A stretch of DNA of 62,909 nt, the filler included, from Octopus bimaculoides (taxonomy: Eukaryota): NCBI RefSeq assembly GCF_001194135.2. It is 5 parts of 5 records of this genome, joined end to end, with 100 filler letters (N's around TTAATTAATTAA, not from the genome) between each part and the next. Parts side by side here need not be neighbours in the genome. Positions count along the whole stretch, not along the records: positions 37,459 to 44,956 come from NC_069004.1; positions 45,057 to 58,351 come from NW_026407380.1; 3 more parts are not named here. One strand, written 5' to 3'. This document shows, one piece after another, positions 41,811-51,958 of the stretch. Below the pieces are notes generated by a model, which worked only from the letters and a program-made list of their open reading frames with translations, ran no database searches and was not told the DNA's origin. The number at the start of each line of letters is the position of its first letter. The first letter of the stretch is position 1. The translations under genes were made by a program, and so were the position numbers.

Positions 41811-41863
<53 letters not shown>

Positions 41864-41939
41864 GTCTGTCTATACGCACATACACACACCACACACACAT
41901 ACACACACATACACACACGCTTATACATACATACATACA

Positions 41940-41975
<36 letters not shown>

Positions 41976-42728
41976 CATATATCTATATATGTATATATAT
42001 ATATATATATACAACCCATATGCACACACTTAGATACAAACACACATATATATGCGCTGAATACAATGCGTTGCTGTATTCAACCTCACTGCACTTGAGT
42101 TCGAATTCCACAAAGGTCAGCTTTGTCTTTTGTCCTTTGGTAATGTACAAAAACCAACCTACCCGGATCGGTGGGATGTTGCTTCTGTGAAAGGGAGGAG
42201 AAAGATGCTCTGTGAGATGTGTTACCGCTTATGTTTCCCCTGACAGCAACGCCTGCGACCACACTGGTTCCAGAGTGTTTCACCTTACATAAATATCGAA
42301 GGTAGGGAGGTGAGACTTGCAGAAGTGAGTAACTGCGGGTCGTCTTCAGTAACTCTTATTCGTAGATCTCCAAACACAAGAGCAGATTTATGGGCAATCT
42401 TAACTAATGGAGGCCTTACATATTTTCTAGACCCCTTTGTACATGTTTTATATATACATATACATAAAGACACATTCGAGCACAAAGACAAGCAATGTGC
42501 TCCAGCATGGCCATGGCGTTAGGGCTGAAACGTAGTATAAATGAACACATAATATATATATATATATATATAAACTCATACAGACATAGGGTAAAAATTA
42601 ATAATTAATTGATAATTAGTAATTTTACCAAGTAGTTCGGTGTGTTAAAAACCATTATCGGTAAATATATAAACACAATTTAAAATTTAGGGTTCAGCAA
42701 ATATTGCTTCACCACACACCGAAAATTA

Positions 42729-42897
42729 GAAATAGCAGCCAAAACTACTATTTCTCTACTAAAATAACGACTCCCAAAAACAGTAATACTCGCAAAATTC
42801 GTTATTTTTTCCTTTTTTGCCCTTGTAGTTTACGAGTATTACTCTTTTTTGGGAGTCGTTATTTTAGTAGAGAAATAGTAGTTTTGGCTGGTATTTC
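42729..42897. repeat. Fold-back with ~63-bp inverted arms
   Basis: GAAATAGCAGCCAAAACTACTATTTCTCTACTAAAATAACGACTCCCAAAAACAGTAATACTCG and its near-exact reverse complement ending GGCTGGTATTTC. Confidence 0.9.
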
Positions 42898-43109
42898 ACA
42901 CACATTCACACACACATATATACACATATATATAGATATATGTCATACATTACAGTTCGTCCGTCGTTGTCGACGATGTCCAAGGACACCACGTGGGAAA
43001 AGAAGACGGGACATAGTGTGTCCGGCTGTGGCCAATCAGTTCCATGCGTGTACAGGACGTTAGAACAATGAACTACAGATCACGGAACGAACACATAGGA
43101 AAACAGATA

Positions 43110-43242
43110 GCCACTTGGAATTAATCCTTCGTCAGCTGCCTCTATTCTAACTAGACGTTTCGAAGATAAGGCAGAACGTACTCTAGCATAGTCTCTTCCT
43201 GAGTAGTGGATCGAGCCACTAAACAGAGGATTCCAAGGTGGC
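43110..43242 (-). other. 133-nt fold-back module containing separated hammerhead core boxes
   Basis: Ends GCCAC(C)TTGGAAT/ATTCCAAGTGGC pair with each other. The minus-strand interior has TTC-GAAAC-GTC and, 18 nt later, CTGACGA-A-GG. Confidence 0.4.
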
Positions 43243-43328
43243 AAGCACAAACCAAGACAGTATGTATGTATGTATGTATGTATGTATATGTATGTGTGTG
43301 TGTGTGTCCTTTTATTAATTTCTCCTAT

Positions 43329-43565
43329 TTTTACTTGTTTCCCTCATTACACTGCGGCCATGCTGGGGCACCGTCTTGAAGAATGTTTAGCGGAATGAAT
43401 CGATCCCCAGTATTTATTCTTTTTCAAGCCTGGTACTTATTCTATCAATGCCGAACCGCTAAGTTACGGGCGCGTAAACACACAAACACCGGTTGTCAAG
43501 CTGTGAAGAGGACGAACGCAGGCACACACACGCATCTTCTTACAGTTTCCGTCTGCCAAACAAAG
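43329..43565 (-). mobile_element. 3' part of a CORE-type SINE (OK/OR-like as I recall them)
   Basis: TTTTACTTGTTTC..CTGCGGCCATGCTGGGGCACCG..GCCGAACCGCTAAGTTACGGG..CAGTTTCCGTCT; homologous to 44465-44957. Confidence 0.75.
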
Positions 43566-43680
43566 CACAAAGACACATATACACAAATATATAAACACAT
43601 ACTCAAATACGTACGTACAATTATACATATATACCCACATATACGTACACGCACACTCACATACACACAACGTATATATA

Positions 43681-43701
43681 TTGATAGATAGAGAGACAGA
43701 C

Positions 43702-43776
<75 letters not shown>

Positions 43777-43834
43777 TAGATAGATAGATAGATAGATAGA
43801 TANNNNNNNNNNACAGACAGACAGACAGACAGAC

Positions 43835-43872
<38 letters not shown>

Positions 43873-43888
43873 ATAAATATATATATAT

Positions 43889-43933
<45 letters not shown>

Positions 43934-43960
43934 GAGATAGACAGACAGATAGATAGATAG
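43681..43960. repeat. Compound (GATA)/(GACA)n microsatellite
   Basis: Directly visible. Confidence 0.95.
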
Positions 43961-44464
43961 GTAAACTGATGACTGTTATAAATGCATGGACAGGTCAAGG
44001 GATAAGGCACACTATACATGTACGTGTATATCTGTGTATGTGCGTATGTGCATGTGTGTGTGCGTCCGCGTGAGCCTCTGTCTGTCTGTCTGTCTGTCTC
44101 CCCCTCTCTCCCTCTCCCTCTCCCTCTCCCTCTCCCTCTCCCNNNNNNNNNNNNNNNNNNNNNNNNNNNNNNNNNNNNNNNNNNNNNNNNNNNNNNNNNN
44201 NNNNNNNNNNNNNNNNNNNNNNNNNNNNNNNNNNNNNNNNNNNNNNNNNNNNNNNNNNNNNNNNNNNNNNNNNNNNNNNNNNNNNNNNNNNNNNNNNNNN
44301 NNNNNNNNNNNNNNNNNNNNNNNNNNNNNNNNNNNNNNNNNNNNNNNNNNNNNNNNNNNNNNNNNNNNNNNNNNNNNNNNNNNNNNNNNNNNNNNNNNNN
44401 NNNNNNNNNNNNNNNNNNNNNNNNNNNNNNNNNNNNCTCTCTCTGTATATATATATATAAATCT

Positions 44465-44957
44465 TCTTTTACTTGTTTCAGACATTTGACTGTGGCCATC
44501 GTGGGGCGCTATCTTGAAGGGCTTTTAATCGAACAAATCGACCTCAAGACTTAATTTTTATAGCCCTACTGTTTATTCTATCGGTCTCTTTTGCCGAAAG
44601 CTAAGACACAGGGACGTAGACACATAAATACGTAGACACATAAATAAAGTGTCAAGAGGTGATGGGGGGTGGCAAACACACACACAAAGAGACGCACACA
44701 AAGAGACACACAGAGACACATACAACAGGCTTCTCTCACTTTCCGTCTAACAAATCCACTCAGACAGATAAATTAACTGATGGCTATTATAAATGTATGG
44801 ACAGGCCAAAGGATAAGGCACACTATACATGTATGTACGTGTATATGTGTGTGCATGTCGGTGTGGTCAGTCCGAGACTATAGTAGAAGACACTTGCCCA
44901 AAGTGCCACACAGGGGAACTGAACTCGGAAGCATATAGTGGGAAGCAATCTTCTTAN
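44465..44957 (-). mobile_element. Near full-length CORE-type tRNA SINE (5' end in gap)
   Basis: Minus strand has GAGTTCAGTTCCCC (B box) followed by the CORE-like TGTGGCACTTTGGGCAAGTGTCTTCTACTATAG. Tail is ..AAATGTCTGAAACAAGTAAAAG. Confidence 0.8.
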
Positions 44958-45162
44958 NNNNNNNNNNNNNNNNNNNNNNNNNNNNNNNNNNNNNNNNNNN
45001 TTAATTAATTAANNNNNNNNNNNNNNNNNNNNNNNNNNNNNNNNNNNNNNNNNNNNGATCGACCCCCCTCTTTTTTTCTCTCCTTCCCCTTCCTAAAAAG
45101 AAAAGCTCTACATTGTATTTGTCCCCTCTGTGTAAAGCCCTGTGTTGCTAATAAAAGAAATG

Positions 45163-45208
<46 letters not shown>

Positions 45209-45244
45209 GGCAAGTGAAAAATAAGAAAAAAGTCAGTCAAAATA

Positions 45245-45770
45245 TATTATCCTGACGCTCAGAGAAGGTTTAAGATGTGACATTTCGAACATGGCTCTTC
45301 ATCTGAAAGCGGAAAGAGGAAAATGCCCGGAGAGAAGGAAAAGAATAGTCCGAAAAAAGCATGTGTGCCTTTACGTGGCTGAAAAATAACTAACCAGAAG
45401 TGGAATGAGATAGAGGAAGTGGTTTGTGAAGGCAGGAGAGTATGAAAACGACCAGTGTGTAGGTGTGGTAGTATCTGTATGCGTGTGTTTGTGTTTATGT
45501 GAGTGATGTATGTGTGAGGAAGTGGAGCGAACAGGCTTGTAGCAGTAGTTAGATATGGTGGCCAAGAGGCGTGGTGATGTGTGTGCGTGAGTGCGTTAGC
45601 ATTGCTGTGTGTGTACGTATGTGCTTGTTTGTGCACGTGTAAGTGTGTGAGTGCGTGTGTATGGGTGTGTATGGATGTTTGTGTGTGCGTATGGCTGTGG
45701 GTGAATGAGTCTGTGCGATAGATATGTATGTAATATGTGGTGGGGTGTCAGTTATATACATAGGCATGTG
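45245..45770 (-). mobile_element. Penelope-like terminal repeat (pLTR-like) copy
   Basis: 45395-45590 is a near-identical direct repeat of 46967-47157, which abuts the PLE RT remnant. It ends near a hammerhead-like remnant at 45279-45305. Confidence 0.6.
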
Positions 45771-45872
45771 GAAGATGAATTAAAAATAATTTTAAAAATT
45801 AAAAATTAGAAAGTTTAAAAAATTAAAAATTAGAAAGTTAAAAAAATTAAAATCAAAATAAACTTAAAATAT

Positions 45873-46030
45873 TCTTTTCTACACTAGGCATAAAGCCCTA
45901 AATGTTTGAGGAGAGGGCCAGTCGATTAGATCGACCCCAGTACGCAACTGGTACTTAATTTATCGACCCTGAAAAGCAAAGTCTACCTCGACGGAATTTG
46001 AACTCAAAATGTAAAGAGAGACAAAATACC
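45873..46030 (-). mobile_element. Truncated 19504-type SINE
   Basis: Reverse complement of the B box, central domain and tail. Confidence 0.8.
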
Positions 46031-46260
46031 TATTTCTTTACTGCCCACAAGGGGTTATACACAGAGGGGACAAACAAGGACAGACAAACAGATTAAGTCG
46101 ATTATATCGACCCCAGTGCGTAACTGGTACTTATTTAATCGACCCCGAAAGGATGAAAGGCAAAGTCGACCTCGGCGGAATTTGAACTCAGAACGTAGCG
46201 GCAGACAAAATACCGCTAAGCATTTCGCCCGGCGTGCTAACATTTATGGTAGCTCGCCGC
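46031..46260 (-). mobile_element. Full-length 19504-type SINE with an alternative tail
   Basis: Well-preserved head and central domain. The tail ..GTCCCCTCTGTGTATAACCCCTTGTGGGCAGTAAAGAAATA is related to the tails at 41752-41810 and 45105-45160. Confidence 0.85.
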
Positions 46261-46910
46261 TTTATAAATTTACAATATTAAATAATAATTAACTAAAACA
46301 TTAATTAAATTTAAAAAATTAAAATTGAAAAGTTAAGATATCAAAAATAAAAATTAATAATTAAATCAAATAATNNNNNNNNNNNNNNNNNNNNNNNNNN
46401 NNNNNNNNNNNNNNNNNNNNNNNNNNNNNNNNNNNNNNNNNNNNNNNNNNNNNNNNNNNNNNNNNNNNNNNNNNNNNNNNNNNNNNNNNNNNNNNNNNNN
46501 NNNNNNNNNNNNNNNNNNNNNNNNNNNNNNNNNNNNNNNNNNNNNNNNNNNNNNNNNNNNNNNNNNNNNNNNNNNNNNNNNNNNNNNNNNNNNNNNNNNN
46601 NNNNNNNNNNNNNNNNNNNNNNNNNNNNNNNNNNNNNNNNNNNNNNNNNNNNNNNNNNNNNNNNNNNNNNNNNNNNNNNNNNNNNNNNNNNNNNNNNNNN
46701 NNNNNNNNNNNNNNNNNNNNNNNNNNNNNNNNNNNNNNNNNNNNNNNNNNNNNNNNNNNNNNNNNNNNNNNNNNNNNNNNNNNNNNNNNNNNNNNNNNNN
46801 NNNNNNNNNNNNNNNNNNNNNNNNNNNNNNNNNNNNNNNNNNNNNNNNNNNNNNNNNNNNNNNNNNNNNNNNNNNNNNNNNNNNNNNNNNNNNNNNNNNN
46901 NNNNNNNNNN

Positions 46911-49053
46911 NAGGGGGTTATGGATTAATTACTTACATAGGTTAGGGGCGTGTTTGGAGGGGAGAGGTGGAATGAGATAGAGGAAGTGGTTTGTGAAGGC
47001 AGGAGAGTATGAAAACGACCAGTGTGTAGGTGTGGTAGTATCTGTGTGCGTGTGTTTGTGTTTATGTGAGTGATGTATGTGTGAGGAAGTGGAGCGAACA
47101 GGCTTGTAGCAGTAGTTAGATATGGTGGCCAAGAGGCGTGGTGATGTGTGTGCGTGAGATCGGATTGGAGATGACGGAAGGCCCGTAGGATTTTCCGACG
47201 AAGGGTTAAGGTGATGGGTGGAAAAGGAGAGGAAAGGGGATACATCTGGGAGACAGGTGTGGGGAAGGAGTGAGGGCTGAGGTGTGATCAACTTGGTGAG
47301 CATGGATAAGGGCGGTCTGGACAAAGGTGGAGAGGTATCAGTGACGAGTGAACAGACAGGCCAAGGTATTGAAATTGAGTTTCAGAATCCTGGCCGCGGC
47401 TGCACAGACGTTCGAGACGGAGGAATTGGAAGTAAGGGATATCTCGTTTGAAGTGGGAGGATGGAGGAGGAAAATGTGAGGTAGAGGTGAGAGTCGGGCG
47501 AGGATATCAATGGAGAGAGAGAGAGANNNNNNNNNNNNNNNNNNNNNNNNNNNNNNNNNNNNNNNNNNNNNNNNNNNNNNNNNNNNNNNNNNNNNNNNNN
47601 NNNNNNNNNNNNNNNNNNNNNNNNNNNNNNNNNNNNNNNNNNNNNNNNNNNNNNNNNNNNNNNNNNNNNNNNNNNNNNNNNNNNNNNNNNNNNNNNNNNN
47701 NNNNNNNNNNNNNNNNNNNNNNNNNNNNNNNNNNNNNNNNNNNNNNNNNNNNNNNNNNNNNNNNNNNNNNNNNNNNNNNNNNNNNNNNNNNNNNNNNNNN
47801 NNNNNNNNNNNNNNNNNNNNNNNNNNNNNNNNNNNNNNNNNNNNNNNNNNNNNNNNNNNNNNNNNNNNNNNNNNNNNNNNNNNNNNNNNNNNNNNNNNNN
47901 NNNNNNNNNNNNNNNNNNNNNNNNNNNNNNNNNNNNNNNNNNNNNNNNNNNNNNNNNNNNNNNNNNNNNNNNNNNNNNNNNNNNNNNNNGAGAGAGAGAG
48001 AGAGAGAGAGAGAGAAAGATGAGAAAGAGAGTGAGATTCCAGAAAGTTGACAGAAGTATCGGAGATGACAGAAGTATCGGAGATGACAGAAGTATCGGAG
48101 ATGACAGAAGTATCGGAGATGACAGAAGTGAGCTTAAGGGAAAGATGAAAGGTAGAAAAAAAGAAATGAAGTGGAGGAGAGGGAAGTAGCACCAATACAG
48201 TCGTCTATGTACTGACTGTATAGCTCTAGGGTCGATCTGGAGAACTGAGAAGATTTGGGCCTCGACGTAACCAACAAATATGTTGGCGAAGTTGGGTCCC
48301 ATTTTCGTTCCCATGGCAACACCAGATAATGCTGGTAGACCTCACCCGCAAACGTGAAACAGTTAAGAGTGAGAACGAGTTCAGCGAAGCAGTGAAGTGT
48401 AGAGGTGCTGGGTCTGAAGATGGAGCAACGTTTGAAGAAATACTGGAAAGTTAGGGGGACGTCTTTGTGGTGGATGACGGTGTATAGGAATTTTATGCCC
48501 ATGGTGAAGAGGATGCGGAAGAGGCCAGTAGGGAAGAATTGAATAGGCGGGGACGTGTCTGGTGTCATGGATATGGAACAGGAAAAAGTGACTTCGGGAG
48601 AAAGGATGAAGTCAATGTGTTCTGTGAGGCAGTTATTGTCAGAAACGATGGGGCGGCCAGGGTTGGTGGATTTATAGATTTTTGGGAGGAAATAGATGGT
48701 GGAGGTGCGGGAATTGCGGACGATGAGGTTGGTGGCAGTAGCAGGGAAGGCAGAAGATGAGATGAGGTCACGAATCGATTAATAATGTTGTTGCAGGCGT
48801 TCACGAACAAGTCTAAGCTGCTGAACTGGTTTAGAGGCGACGTCCAGCTGGATGAGCGGCGTTGTAATGTTTTACAGGTGTGTGGAAGAAGGTACTCAGT
48901 TTTGTACGGTGCAGAAACTGACCGATATCAGTGCAGGTCCTGAATTCATCGTAGTGGGTTGTGAGATGTACGAAGCGGAAACCCTTACTGAGGAGCAAAC
49001 GTTCAGTTAAGGAAAGGGGGAGGTCAGGTAGTATCTTGACTACAGAGTGTGGG
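46911..49053 (-). pseudogene. Penelope-like element reverse transcriptase remnant (gaps at 47528-47989 and from 49054)
   Basis: LLLSKGFRFV, LFTMGIKFLYTVIHHKD, AELVLTLNCFTFAGEVYQ, VAMGTKMGPNFANIFVGYVE, YIDDCIGATS, ISDTSVNFL, DSHLYL..IPYFQFLRLERLCS, KILRAFRHLQSD. Frameshifted, and no GIY-YIG domain is visible. Confidence 0.88.
48049..48129. repeat. 18-bp minisatellite (GACAGAAGTATCGGAGAT) x4.5
   Basis: Four exact units plus a partial unit; encodes (ISDTSV)n in the RT frame on the minus strand. Confidence 0.95.
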
Positions 49054-49701
49054 NNNNNNNNNNNNNNNNNNNNNNNNNNNNNNNNNNNNNNNNNNNNNNN
49101 NNNNNNNNNNNNNNNNNNNNNNNNNNNNNNNNNNNNNNNNNNNNNNNNNNNNNNNNNNNNNNNNNNNNNNNNNNNNNNNNNNNNNNNNNNNNNNNNNNNN
49201 NNNNNNNNNNNNNNNNNNNNNNNNNNNNNNNNNNNNNNNNNNNNNNNNNNNNNNNNNNNNNNNNNNNNNNNNNNNNNNNNNNNNNNNNNNNNNNNNNNNN
49301 NNNNNNNNNNNNNNNNNNNNNNNNNNNNNNNNNNNNNNNNNNNNNNNNNNNNNNNNNNNNNNNNNNNNNNNNNNNNNNNNNNNNNNNNNNNNNNNNNNNN
49401 NNNNNNNNNNNNNNNNNNNNNNNNNNNNNNNNNNNNNNNNNNNNNNNNNNNNNNNNNNNNNNNNNNNNNNNNNNNNNNNNNNNNNNNNNNNNNNNNNNNN
49501 NNNNNNNNNNNNNNNNNNNNNNNNNNNNNNNNNNNNNNNNNNNNNNNNNNNNNNNNNNNNNNNNNNNNNNNNNNNNNNNNNNNNNNNNNNNNNNNNNNNN
49601 NNNNNNNNNNNNNNNNNNNNNNNNNNNNNNNNNNNNNNNNNNNNNNNNNNNNNNNNNNNNNNNNNNNNNNNNNNNNNNNNNNNNNNNNNNNNNNNNNNNN
49701 N

Positions 49702-49751
<50 letters not shown>

Positions 49752-50639
49752 TATATACATATATTAATATATAGAGTCACATCCATATGTGTGTGTATAT
49801 ATATGTATATGTACACACTCATAAACATATTCCCTTGTATTAATTTGCTACACATATTGTCATATCCTTATCTATTTATAGTTATATGCAAATGTATGAA
49901 TACGTGTGTGTGTGTGTGTGTGCGTGTGTTTGCGCGTGTTTATGAATGTATGTATGTATGTATGTATGCACATATGTGTGTATGTATGTATATATATATT
50001 ATATGCACACACACATATATACCCAACCACTTATATTCCTTATATGTCTGTGTCCCTGCGTGTTTGCATGTGTTTCCACACACACACACACATACACACA
50101 ATAGTGGTAGTAAGAATTATTCCGTTGTTGTAACGAGAATATATTTTCTCTGTAAAGACCCTTACCAAAGAACTCGATGAAATAATAAATTTCTAACTCA
50201 GATCTTTATACGTTATGCATTATACATTAGTCGTGTAAAAATAGCCAAAAGGGAATACCACAAGAATGAAGTAAGAGTTATATACGAAAAAAAAAAAAAA
50301 CAACAACTTATGTGTTCTAAATATTATAATTTATAATTTTGGAATAAGTAGGTATCTTTTGGGAAAACTAAGACTGAGCATATACAAATTCAGCTTTCAT
50401 CATAAGTAATATAAGTAGTCGAGTATAGCAAGATTACTTTATACATTGACCATGGGAAAAAGTTTTAAAGCATTTAGAGAATGTGGCTGAAACTTGGATG
50501 AGTCTCAAGTAGTGCGAGATGATGTTTTATTTAATTTACATAGAGGCAAAAACCTTCGGAATTAACATCGAATACTACAACGGAAGTTAAATATTTAAAT
50601 TACTTTAGACCTTCACCCTCCATGGAACATAAGCCATCG

Positions 50640-50960
50640 ACAACTTTTATGCCTTGTCTTTGACTCTGGGTACTCTTTTCTGGATCCCAGCCTTTTCAGC
50701 CCCGGAAGCTTCCTTTTGGATTTTGCTACAATGCATCATATGTTTCCCTGAGGGAAGATCTTCTCCCAGGTCATGTTGGTTTTGAATTGTCATCGATGCT
50801 TCTTTAACATTGTCTTTTTGGCTCTACACAAATATATTTTTACCACTGGGTGGTGGAGGTCCCTATTAGTCTGACCTCAGTCTTTTGACCTATCCAACAT
50901 GCGAGGCCTTACCAGGCACTTACGTTAAACTGGCATTGCTCTCAGGGTCTTTGAGGGACA
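50640..50960 (-). mobile_element. Decayed 5' end/UTR of an RTE-clade LINE
   Basis: Minus strand CCCTGAGAGCAATGCC..CCTGGTAAGGCCTCGCATGTTGGATAGGTCAAAAG..AGGTCAGACTAA resembles RTE 5' UTRs as I recall them (CCTGGTAGGG...CATGC.GGACAGGTCAAAGG..GAG..CAGACTAA). Confidence 0.5.
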
Positions 50961-51462
50961 TAGAAACCGATAGATCAGTTCGATACCTTATGATGTAGGA
51001 AAGCCTAGCTTTGGCCTTTGCCTCGAAGAATCACTTTTTATTCTTACGTTAGAGTCTAATATTTTGAATAAGAAACATGAACTAGTGTTCAAATGTAAGC
51101 ATTTATTTAGCAAAGCCATTGAAAACTAATCAGTTAGAACACTTGATGCTGGTAACTCCCGTAGGTCCAATATTGTTGTGCTAACAGAATATTCAATTAT
51201 TTAATTAGTTTGAATTATAGGTTTCTCTACTCATTTTTCTACATGTAGATATTCACGTCAAAATTCCTTTTTCTTTAGCACTCATTTATTCTATTCCTTT
51301 TGGCATTAATTTCTTCTACTACCTTAAATGAACCACTACTGCTTGTTTTAATTTTTCAAAGATACGGTATGATGTTCTTTTTATTATGCTCATTTTTGTG
51401 ATTGGGGTTGTTATATAATTAATGTAACATTTTACATATCAAGGAAGTGTTCATAAACTACA

Positions 51463-51692
51463 AATAATCCTTTCTTCTAAAGGCACAAGGCTTGAAATTT
51501 AGGTGGGCGGTGGGGGGGGGGGACTTATAGATTACATCCACCCCAGTTTTTCACTGGTACTTAATTTATCGACTCTGAAAGGATGAAAAGCAAAATCGAC
51601 CTCGGCGACATTTGAACTCAGAACGTAAAGACAGACGAAATGCCGCTAAGAATTTTGCCAGGCGTGCTAACGATTTTGCCAGGTCACTGCCT
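51463..51692 (-). mobile_element. Full-length 19504-type SINE
   Basis: Reverse complement of the head, central domain and tail ending AGAAAGGATTATT. Confidence 0.85.
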
Positions 51693-51958
51693 TATAAGCT
51701 ACAAATAATAAGAGTAAAAATCATGATTTAAAAATTGCTTGCTTTTTTTTTTTGTCCTAGGCTATTTCGTACTCCGGGGTTTTCTCTAGAGTTTTTTTCT
51801 TTTTGGATCTTTGTCCTAGAGGGGTTTTGTCCTACACTCCTTCTTTTAAGCACCATTTTCTAGCCGTCTTTTTGTTACTATATTCTATCAATTTATAGTT
51901 TCCTTATGACCCCTGGTTATTAGTTTCACCCCCCTTATTATTTATCTTCAACTGATTA

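Noticed and set aside
48049-48129. CRISPR-like array
   Set aside because: The units are contiguous with no spacers, the context is eukaryotic, and there are no cas genes.
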